Assembly: GCF_002803295.2 (NCBI RefSeq)
Contig: NZ_PGGB02000018.1
Span: 18,164 to 29,134, forward strand
DNA from: Caedibacter taeniospiralis
GTDB taxonomy: Bacteria > Pseudomonadota > Gammaproteobacteria > Francisellales > Francisellaceae
DNA length: 10,971 nt
Reading direction: 5' to 3'
Part shown: piece after piece, positions 1 through 6,754 of the stretch
Numbering within the stretch: position 1 is the first letter of the stretch
How the letters are laid out: each line of letters starts with the position of its first letter
Notes under the pieces: generated by a model
Databases searched by the model: none
What the model was told of the DNA's origin: nothing
Seen by the model: only the letters and a program-made list of their open reading frames with translations
Position numbers and translations under genes: made by a program

Positions 1-231
1 GCTTAACAAATCTAATGGAATCTTTAATTCACCTATACCTTTATTTTTTCCATCATCGCCGTAACATTCAATAAGTCGATCATATGAATCTTGACTAATT
101 ACATGTTCATCGCCATCAATTATTATATAATTTTTTACCTCATCGGTATAAATTGACTGAATATGGTTAATATTAACCCACTCTGAAGTTTGATGTGATG
201 GGTACCTTATAAGTATAAACTGCGTATTCAT
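1..231 (-). CDS. hypothetical protein, 3' end cut by the window edge (77 codons visible: MNTQFILIRYPSHQTSEWVNINHIQSIYTDEVKNYIIIDGDEHVISQDSYDRLIECYGDDGKNKGIGELKIPLDLLS...)
   Basis: Hand translation of the minus strand. ATG at 231-229, AGGAA (plus-strand ttcct 239-243) 7 nt upstream, open to position 1 with no stop. Absent from the ORF track, presumably because no stop lies in the window. No recognisable family. Confidence 0.45.
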   Translation of the reverse strand, partial: MNTQFILIRYPSHQTSEWVNINHIQSIYTDEVKNYIIIDGDEHVISQDSYDRLIECYGDDGKNKGIGELKIPLDLLS

Positions 232-560
232 TTTTTATTTCCTAAATACTTCAATCATGGTTTTAAACCAGCTAAAATATTATATCATAACACCTTATTT
301 ATTTGTATTTTTTTAGCCAAAAATCAATATTTTAATAGCCCTGCGTATTAAAAATTTGAAAAATATTCGTGTCTCTCTAGTAGAGAATATAGTACTAATA
401 TTGTTATCATGGAACTACTGTGCTTAAACTCAAAATAGAAGTTGAAAAGACACAGCACTGGCGAGTAGTGGTGTTCATGATCTACCACAGTGCTTTCACC
501 TAAAAATTTTGAATATAGCTTAAAAGAGAGTTATTTAATCTAAAAAATAACGGGAATTAC

Positions 561-1361
561 ATGAAAAATTTAAAGTTGAATAAAGTGATCCTGGCGCTAT
601 TTGCAGTGAGTGCACTTAATGGCATTGCCTTTGCAGAAACAGATGCTGAAAAAATCGTACGCTTAGAGCTTGAATTAAAAGAATACAAAGAGATCTCAAA
701 CAAATATAGAGCTGATTTGGATATATCACATCAAACGTATCAACAATATCAAATAGAAATGGATCAATCATATGCCTTAATAAATGAAAAACTTAAAGAA
801 GTAACTCAGGGATCATACAAAGTTTTTGATGAACAACAAGAGAAATTTGAGAATGAACTTACAGAAGAAGTTACAAAAACCGACAATATTAAAAATAATT
901 TAGATACGATTGGAAATAAAATAAAATCCTTAGAAAAAGAGGAAAAAAAATTAAAAGATGAAAAAAATCAACTGATTAATGATTTCAATCAAAAGATAAA
1001 AAACTTAAATGAAGAATTACTAAAACAAACAGAAGAATCTACACATGAGCTTGATCAAAAAATCAAAGAACTAAATACTGCCAGACAAAACGAAGATGTG
1101 CTAAAAAAACAACTCATAGATATAATTGAGCAACATAAGAAAAATTTAAGTGCGTCTAAAATACGTTTTAAACAGCGAGAAGCAGGTATAGTTGAGCACT
1201 ATAAAACTGTCGGTTCCACATTAGAAGCTCGGCTCAAAGTTATTACTAATACAAAAAGTGTTACAGTAGAACAACTGAAAAAAAATCAGGGTGCCTCGGG
1301 CCTCATGATAGATTTTGTATATCCATACACAAAATCGAATCGGCTATCCTCGGCGGTATAA
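561..1361 (+). CDS. secreted coiled-coil protein; the last ~24 codons and the stop codon lie inside repeat-element copy A
   Basis: ORF track. N-terminal signal peptide MKNLKLNKVILALFAVSALNGIAFA|ETD (K-rich n-region, hydrophobic core, AFA-E cleavage motif). The rest is K/E/L/N-rich and heptad-like. The sequence from codon 244 (GASGLMIDFVYPYTKSNRLSSAV*) is encoded by the GC-rich element starting at 1288. Confidence 0.75.
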   Translation: MKNLKLNKVILALFAVSALNGIAFAETDAEKIVRLELELKEYKEISNKYRADLDISHQTYQQYQIEMDQSYALINEKLKEVTQGSYKVFDEQQEKFENELTEEVTKTDNIKNNLDTIGNKIKSLEKEEKKLKDEKNQLINDFNQKIKNLNEELLKQTEESTHELDQKIKELNTARQNEDVLKKQLIDIIEQHKKNLSASKIRFKQREAGIVEHYKTVGSTLEARLKVITNTKSVTVEQLKKNQGASGLMIDFVYPYTKSNRLSSAV

Positions 1362-1579
1362 ATTTTGCCCGGGCCGCCCGCCTCAACGGTGCTTGTCCTC
1401 ACAAATTCGCTACGCTCATTCCGAACAGACAACACGTTTCCGATTCTACTCTACGCCTTGGGTAAAAGCTTTTTCACAGACTTCGCTCTGGCGCCTTCGG
1501 CACGTCGCTTGCTGATCAACAGCGCAAGGCTACCCGGGTCTACTCGCCCTCGCGTTCCGCTATCCATGGCTCGCAGCGA
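1288..1579 (+). mobile_element. GC-rich non-autonomous repeat element, long form, copy A (292 bp, AGGGTGCCTCGGGCC...GGCTCGCAGCGA)
   Basis: Direct alignment by eye with 7493-7782 (reverse complement) and 6391-6503 (short form). Composition is much more GC-rich than the flanks. Subterminal hairpin GATTTTGTATATCCATACACAAAATC at 1311-1336. No transposase gene inside. Confidence 0.8.
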
Positions 1580-1754
1580 TTGAGGATGTGGTAAGACTAA
1601 CCGAACGCTTGAAAATTAACCCTTGATACAAGTTTTAGAAAATTTTGAACCTTAGATGGTCTGTTAATCTAAGCGTGTAAATTTTACATAGGTTATAATG
1701 TAATCAAATTTATACTTAAGCAAACTATTAAAAACTACACATGGACATCGACTG

Positions 1755-2063
1755 ATGGATGATCTGAATACAAATCTCATTTGCGGTATCACTGATAAGA
1801 ATTACAAGATAACTCTACATACTAACTTAAGTAATCATCGTTTAAATGCTGAGAAAAAAATGGAGTCCTTTGATGACGAGAATTATAAAAAGCTTATTGA
1901 AATCGGTAAAAAAGCTGTATATGAAATCTCAGAGATCGAAGCACTGCCTTCGTTTTTGAACATGTATTACAAAGGTAAAGCGACTCTACTTTTCGAGATA
2001 GATATTAGTAAGTCTTCTACATTCACACATCCAGATAACCACGCTCGAGTAGTTCCGAGGTAA
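1755..2063 (+). CDS. hypothetical protein (102 aa)
   Basis: ORF track only. No recognisable motif and no clear ribosome-binding site seen. It is the only sizeable ORF in this interval. Confidence 0.4.
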   Translation: MDDLNTNLICGITDKNYKITLHTNLSNHRLNAEKKMESFDDENYKKLIEIGKKAVYEISEIEALPSFLNMYYKGKATLLFEIDISKSSTFTHPDNHARVVPR

Positions 2064-2157
2064 ACACTGGGTACACTAGCCACTTACGCTTTAATTTCGC
2101 GGGTAAATCGTTTCCATTGAGACTATTGAAGATAGTTCTTGATTTAGATCAAGTATT

Positions 2158-2343
2158 TTATGCCGATATAGCAATCTTGTAAGCCAAACATCCTAAAGTA
2201 ATCAAAAGGATGAAAGACACTGCTATAATGCACTTTTTCATATCTATCTCTAACGCCATCATCCGTTTTAAGTATCGTTTAAACGAATGGCAGATCGGAT
2301 TTAATTTGTTCATTTTCTTTATCATAGTCACCTCTTCTATCAA
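2158..2343 (-). CDS. small membrane protein with a C-terminal hydrophobic helix (CIIAVSFILLITLGCLAYKIAISA)
   Basis: ORF track. GAGGTGA lies just upstream of the internal ATG at 2325, so the real start may be MIKKMNKL (55 aa). It begins 13 nt downstream of the 78-aa ORF's stop codon (2357-2359), consistent with co-transcription. Confidence 0.45.
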   Translation of the reverse strand: MIEEVTMIKKMNKLNPICHSFKRYLKRMMALEIDMKKCIIAVSFILLITLGCLAYKIAISA

Positions 2344-2356
2344 TGATTAAACTCGC

Positions 2357-2593
2357 TCAAAAGGAGATTTCATCATCCTGAAAATTATTAACCGCTGCTG
2401 CTATTTCTTCAGCTGTTGGGAGTTTTTTGGCTTCAATATGAGAAGGTTTGCTCCCTTTCATCTGAGCATATTGATTGACTTTCTCTTGCCCATCTATGGG
2501 TTTATCAGATGGTCTTGCGTAGTGTATTAATATATTCAAAATATCATATATTTTATCATACAAATAAATATTTTTTAGAGTAGTTTTGAGCAT
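2357..2593 (-). CDS. hypothetical protein (78 aa)
   Basis: ORF track. Codirectional with and closely spaced to the 61-aa ORF. No recognisable family. Confidence 0.45.
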   Translation of the reverse strand: MLKTTLKNIYLYDKIYDILNILIHYARPSDKPIDGQEKVNQYAQMKGSKPSHIEAKKLPTAEEIAAAVNNFQDDEISF

Positions 2594-2731
2594 TTTTAAA
2601 ATAGACGAGGCTATAGCTGTTTTTGAAGAAAAAAGTCATCAACCTCAAATAACACTGACCTATATCAAAATCTGTCAAAAACGCTCACACTACATGTCGC
2701 TGTTCTTTGACAGCATGAACACAACCAATCA

Positions 2732-3631
2732 CTAGTGCTGTGTCTGTTCCACTTCTTTTTTCAGTTTAAGCACAGTGTCCTGATCAAGACCTGTTCCTTT
2801 AACCACCTGTTCAGCAGATAACCCCATCAGTAAGAAATTACGTGCGGTTGTTTGTATTCCTTTTTGTATTCCTTTTTGCTCCCATTGTTCTGCTACCGTC
2901 ATAACATCACCTCTTAAATCTGGTTTGCTGTATATTAGTTTATCATGAAAATCCTTGGTTTCCATGTCCGAATATTGAGACATATACCGAATCAGTACTT
3001 GTCGTGCAATATGGTCATACGCTTCAATCTGATTAATCGCAATATCAAGCTTGCCATCGATGTTCTTTTCTCTGATGGCTTTTAAAATTAATTCGTATCC
3101 TGCAATAAAACCGTGTTCTAAAATTTCCTCGTCACTGTAACGATTAAGGTCAATGAATTGTGTCGTGAAGGCGTATTTTTTAGCTAACTCTGTATTGGCA
3201 AAATAATCATGGATATTAAGACTGTGACTAAATGGCTTTTGATTGGCATAGTAGATAATCGATACCACTAACGGCAAACCTTTTACTGTCTTGTGCCTTT
3301 TAATATAATCCAACAAGTAGCTGGTTTGATAATGTCTTGTGCGGATTAATATAGTGCCATCATCTCCAGTTTGCGATTCAATATGGACGAATACGGCACC
3401 GTTTTTACCATCCTTGAATTTAAAAAGAAAAGTTAAATCGGACTGTTCTTTTTGCTTTTGATTGTCCTTTTGCTGTTGTCTAACATGCTCAACATTCGCG
3501 GACTCAAGCTTGACAGTTTGCCAGTCAACTAACTCGACAAGTTCTTTAGGCAAGTAGGTCATCAAAAAAGAGACGGCAAAATCTCTATTAGCGATTAAAT
3601 CTTTAAAAACTGAATCATGTACATTTTTCAT
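2732..3631 (-). CDS. Rpn family recombination-promoting nuclease / putative transposase (YhgA-like, PD-(D/E)XK)
   Basis: N-terminal HDSVFKDLIANRDFAVSFLMTYLP matches the family-typical HDxxFKxx...FLxxxLP opening. There is a core VHIESQT motif (hhhEhQS). The C-terminal EQWEQKGIQKGIQTTARNFLLMGLSAEQVVKGTGLDQDTVLKLKK tail is typical of Rpn proteins. Recognition is by memory of the family, not by search. Confidence 0.85.
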   Translation of the reverse strand: MKNVHDSVFKDLIANRDFAVSFLMTYLPKELVELVDWQTVKLESANVEHVRQQQKDNQKQKEQSDLTFLFKFKDGKNGAVFVHIESQTGDDGTILIRTRHYQTSYLLDYIKRHKTVKGLPLVVSIIYYANQKPFSHSLNIHDYFANTELAKKYAFTTQFIDLNRYSDEEILEHGFIAGYELILKAIREKNIDGKLDIAINQIEAYDHIARQVLIRYMSQYSDMETKDFHDKLIYSKPDLRGDVMTVAEQWEQKGIQKGIQTTARNFLLMGLSAEQVVKGTGLDQDTVLKLKKEVEQTQH

Positions 3632-3774
3632 TAATGAAATTAGTGTTTTTTTCTTCGACTAAGGAGGATGAGATAACAGTAACACAAATTTGATTTTTAG
3701 CAATTCTGTCATGGTTAACCAGAAAAAGTTCTCAAAAAAAGCATTTTTAAGTGTGTGTTTATGTGTTGCTATTT

Positions 3775-3848
3775 GGCTTTTATTTGATTTAATTATTAAA
3801 TAAATATTTATTATAATTGAATTTTATATGGACAAATAATTACAAATT
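3775..3848. promoter_or_regulatory. nearly pure A/T tract next to the tandem array; candidate DNA-unwinding element
   Basis: The sequence gcttttatttgatttaattattaaataaatatttattataattgaattttatatggacaaataattacaaatt has very few G/C and directly abuts the repeat array. No DnaA box was recognised. Confidence 0.3.
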
Positions 3849-4824
3849 GAGCCATGAGAAATGAGCCATGAGAATGAGCCATGAGCCATTAGCGGATTAG
3901 CTATTAAACCCTTAAGCCATAAGGATTTGAGCCATTACCCATTGAGCATTACCCATTGAGCATTACCCATTGAGCCATTACCCATTACCCATTAGCGGAT
4001 TAGCTATTAAACCCTTAAGCCATAAGGATTTGAGCCATTACCCATTGAGCATTACCCATTGAGCCATTACCCATTACCCATTAGCGGATTAGCTATTAAA
4101 CCCTTAAGCCATAAGGATTTGAGCCATTACCCATTGAGCATTACCCATTGAGCATTACCCATTACCCATTAGCGGATTAGCTATTAAACCCTTAAGCCAT
4201 AAGGATTTGAGCCATTACCCATTGAGCATTACCCATTGAGCCATTACCCATTGAGCCATTACCCATTACCCATTAGCGGATTAGCTATTAAACCCTTAAG
4301 CCATAAGGATTTGAGCCATTACCCATTGAGCCATTACCCATTGAGCATTACCCATTGAGCATTACCCATTGAGCCATTACCCATTGAGCATTACCCATTG
4401 AGCCATTACCCATTACCCATTAGCGGATTAGCTATTAAACCCTTAAGCCATAAGGATTTGAGCCATTACCCATTGAGCATTACCCATTGAGCCATTACCC
4501 ATTGAGCATTACCCATTGAGCATTACCCATTGAGCATTACCCATTGAGCCATTACCCATTGAGCCATTACCCATTGAGCATTACCCATTGAGCCATTACC
4601 CATTGAGCATTACCCATTGAGCATTACCCATTGAGCATTACCCATTGAGCCATTACCCATTACCCATTAGCGGATTAGCTATTAAACCCTTAAGCCATAA
4701 GGATTTGAGCCATTACCCATTGAGCATTACCCATTGAGCATTACCCATTGAGCCATTACCCATTACCCATTAGCGGATTAGCTATTAAACCCTTAAGCCA
4801 TAAGGATTTGAGCCATTACCCATT
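3849..4824. repeat. two-tier non-coding tandem array: 8 x 39-bp anchor units plus 40 x 14/15-bp short repeats (candidate iteron or centromere array)
   Basis: The anchor TAGCGGATTAGCTATTAAACCCTTAAGCCATAAGGATTT starts at 3890, 3993, 4082, 4170, 4274, 4421, 4668 and 4771. Runs of GAGC(C)ATTACCCATT follow the anchors in counts of 4, 3, 3, 4, 7, 14, 4 and 1. Every run except the last is closed by ACCCAT. A degenerate GAGCCAT lead occupies 3849-3889. No ORF is present on either strand. Confidence 0.95.
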
Positions 4825-4835
4825 GAACGAATAAA

Positions 4836-6272
4836 TTATTGAATTTCGTAATACGCGTGTCTACCTTTTCCAAACAATTTAATTTTTGTTTTTGACTTAA
4901 GTCTTTGCAGCCAAATTTTAACCATTTCTCTTGATTTGTCAGGAAATAACTCCATAGCCTCTCTAGTCGTTATTTTACCGTGCTTTTGAATATGTTTAAC
5001 AATCGCATTTTCTGCCAAATTTTCATCGTTTTTTAGTGGTTGATTTGGTTGAGTTTTTTCCTCTAAATCAGGTGTATTTTCCACTTTAATTTCATCATCT
5101 TTTTGAGCTATAATTGCTTCTGCAAATTTCTCTATTGATTGAATAGTAGCGATTTTGCCGTTTAGAAGCTCATCAAGAGACTTTTTTGTTATACTCGTAG
5201 GGTTGTATAGGATGATATCTTTTAATTCAAAGGCGAGCTTCCTAGACGCCTTTAAATCGGTGTTTAGATGATACTGTAGCGTTAATCCATTTTTTCTCCA
5301 CCATTTATTGATTATTTCAAAGTTTTCTTCTGACTGCTTCACTTGTGCTTGTTTTTCTTCATTTAATACCTCTGTATCGTTTGTATTTAAAGGCTTAAAG
5401 CCATTTTCAAGAAGTTTGCATAAATAGCCTGCAAGATTATGAATTTTACTTTTTTTGTTCTCGTTGTAAATTGTCTCAAACCCTTGTTCTATCTTGTTTT
5501 TACCATGTTTTTTAATTAATCCCATAGCGTTTTCTGATGAAAATCCCATATCCATCAATTCAGAAAAACAAAAAAAATCATCATCAAAATCAGTCACGTT
5601 TTCTGCGTAATGAGATTCGTCTGTTTGCAAAATTTCTTTGCGCGCGGTGATGATTGATCTCTTGTTTTCTTCTGTATTCTTATGTAGGGAGCTGTCTACG
5701 CCTTGCAGTGTATGGGTTTGAGAGGTGTTGACAATACACGGTTTGTCCATTTTTTTCCCCGTTTTGTCCATTTTTTTCCCCGTTTTGTCCATTTTTTTCC
5801 CCGTTTTGTCCATTTTTTTCCCCGTTTTGTCCATTTTTTTCCCCGTTTTGTCCATTTTTTTCCCCGTTTTGTCCAAAAAGCCCTGGTTTGTACAATTTTG
5901 GGTTATTTTTAGTTCTGTCTTGTTTTTTTTCTGAATGTTTCTTTTAATAGCTTCGTCAACAACCCATATTTTTCTCTGCAAAATAGAATTGTTGTTGAGA
6001 TCTTTTTTCCGATGAAGATAGCCAAAAGAGGCTAGTTTATCGATATGTCTCTTAATTGATTTTTTACACATATTAAAAAATTTCGCAAAAAAATCGTCAC
6101 TGGCGTAACAAACTCCTTCGTCATTACTCGATAGCATTTTGATTTTAGACAATAGACCAACCTGTATCAAAGACACACCTTCTAACAAAAAATATGACTT
6201 CGGAATTTTTACCATATCCTTTTCTTCATCGTTTAAAACTTGAGTTTGTTTCATGTGATAAATTTGATTCAT
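4836..6272 (-). CDS. HTH-domain replication-initiator-like protein (478 aa) with an internal DKTGKKM x6 repeat
   Basis: The ORF-track start at 6320 is a TTG. The ATG at 6272 is preceded by AAGGAG (plus-strand ctcctt 6281-6286) with 8-nt spacing. The N-terminal segment LLSKIKMLSSNDEGVCYASDDFFAKFFNMCKKSIKRHIDKLASFGYL resembles HTH_36 / phage-plasmid replication-organiser winged helices. A second HTH-like segment lies at the C-terminus (ITTREAMELFPDKSREMVKIWLQRL). The gene abuts the tandem array. The function is inferred. Confidence 0.55.
   Translation of the reverse strand: MNQIYHMKQTQVLNDEEKDMVKIPKSYFLLEGVSLIQVGLLSKIKMLSSNDEGVCYASDDFFAKFFNMCKKSIKRHIDKLASFGYLHRKKDLNNNSILQRKIWVVDEAIKRNIQKKNKTELKITQNCTNQGFLDKTGKKMDKTGKKMDKTGKKMDKTGKKMDKTGKKMDKTGKKMDKPCIVNTSQTHTLQGVDSSLHKNTEENKRSIITARKEILQTDESHYAENVTDFDDDFFCFSELMDMGFSSENAMGLIKKHGKNKIEQGFETIYNENKKSKIHNLAGYLCKLLENGFKPLNTNDTEVLNEEKQAQVKQSEENFEIINKWWRKNGLTLQYHLNTDLKASRKLAFELKDIILYNPTSITKKSLDELLNGKIATIQSIEKFAEAIIAQKDDEIKVENTPDLEEKTQPNQPLKNDENLAENAIVKHIQKHGKITTREAMELFPDKSREMVKIWLQRLKSKTKIKLFGKGRHAYYEIQ
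5739..5874 (-). repeat. 21-bp tandem repeat inside the rep-like CDS (6 perfect copies plus 1 degenerate)
   Basis: Plus-strand CCCCGTTTTGTCCATTTTTTT, with cores at 5757, 5778, 5799, 5820, 5841 and 5862. A degenerate CGGTTTGTCC lies at 5739. It encodes DKTGKKM x6. Confidence 0.95.
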
Positions 6273-6359
6273 TTTTGGGACTCCTTTTTCATGGATTGAA
6301 CAGACCACAGAAGTGAACAAAAAAGCTCTTTCACATCCTGCGATATGATAGTTATTTGA

Positions 6360-6390
6360 GATTTTTGATTTTTGATTTTTGATTTTTGAT
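6360..6390. repeat. 7-bp microsatellite GATTTTT x4.4 upstream of the rep-like gene
   Basis: Direct reading gives gattttt gattttt gattttt gattttt gat. It lies 88-118 nt upstream of the ATG at 6272 and directly abuts element copy B. Confidence 0.9.
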
Positions 6391-6503
6391 AGGGTGCCTC
6401 GGGCCTCATGATAGATTTTGTATATCCATACACAAAATCGAATCGGCTATCCTCGGCGGTATAAATTTTGCCCTCGCGTTCCGCTCTCCATGGCTCGCAG
6501 CGA
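6391..6503 (+). mobile_element. short form (113 bp) of the GC-rich repeat element, copy B
   Basis: It has the same left 82 nt and right 31 nt as the long copies. It lacks the central 179 bp, and the junction falls in a shared GCCC. Confidence 0.8.
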
Positions 6504-6516
6504 GCGATATCCCTAT

Positions 6517-6693
6517 TTAGGCATGATTATTTTCATCGGTGTGCTCAATATCTTTTTCAATAATTTGAACTTCCTTTTCAACGAATTTTGCACCTTCTTC
6601 GGCGAGTTTAATCTCAACCAGTGGACCTATCGTACATCCTCCTAGAATGATTGATAAAGATAGCACTGTCAAAACTTTTGAATATTTTTTCAC
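6517..6693 (-). CDS. small lipoprotein (58 aa: MKKYSKVLTVLSLSIILGGCTIGPLVEIKLAEEGAKFVEKEVQIIEKDIEHTDENNHA)
   Basis: Hand translation; not in the supplied ORF track. GTG start at 6693. Canonical lipoprotein signal peptide (KK n-region, hydrophobic core, lipobox L-G-G-C). TAA stop at 6519-6517. It lies antisense to the element-seeded plus-strand ORF 6418..6645. Confidence 0.55.
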   Translation of the reverse strand: MKKYSKVLTVLSLSIILGGCTIGPLVEIKLAEEGAKFVEKEVQIIEKDIEHTDENNHA

Positions 6694-6754
6694 TTTAATT
6701 TTCTTAAAAAGAAATTACATATTATATATATAAAATAAATATATTTTAATTGCA

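Noticed and set aside
1330-1345. tRNA-like T-loop (AAATCGAATCGG) within the element
   Set aside because: No acceptor, D or anticodon arms can be drawn around it. It is part of the repeat element present in three copies.
1315-1583. ORFs starting MYIHTQNRIGYPRRYKFCP and the overlapping 72-aa ORF; the same ORF heads recur at 6418..6645 and 7381..7755
   Set aside because: They lie wholly or initially inside the repeat element, and their lengths depend on the flanks of each copy. The short copy truncates and changes the product, and there are no translation signals. They are best explained as incidental frames of a GC-rich non-coding element. The tail of 7381..7755 is instead the 3' part of the split host gene.
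2138-2153. Hairpin CTTGAT-TTAG-ATCAAG between convergent ORFs as a bidirectional terminator
   Set aside because: The stem is 6 bp, A/T-rich and of low stability, and the U-tract is poor. This is too weak to call.
2732-3631. Rpn protein as the transposase that mobilises the GC-rich element
   Set aside because: The element copies are not adjacent to or bounded around the gene. Rpn proteins are not known to mobilise defined elements. No sequence link between the gene ends and the element ends was seen.
3849-4824. CRISPR array
   Set aside because: The sequences between the 39-bp units are not unique spacers. They are runs of the same 14/15-bp repeat, spacing varies from 88 to 247 nt, and no cas genes are present.
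3929-4824. G-quadruplex potential of the minus strand of the array (GGG every 7-15 nt)
   Set aside because: G-tracts are only 3 long, and most are separated by loops longer than typical stable quadruplex loops. No evidence beyond periodicity.
5680-5934. Three 69-71-aa ORFs (5680..5895 -, 5703..5912 +, 5725..5934 +) across the 21-bp repeat
   Set aside because: They are repeat-generated open frames nested in the 478-aa gene, with no independent signals.
6273-6320. Upstream TTG start of the rep-like ORF given in the track (494 aa)
   Set aside because: The ATG at 6272 has an AAGGAG ribosome-binding site at ideal spacing, and that site lies inside the proposed extension. The extension is unsupported.
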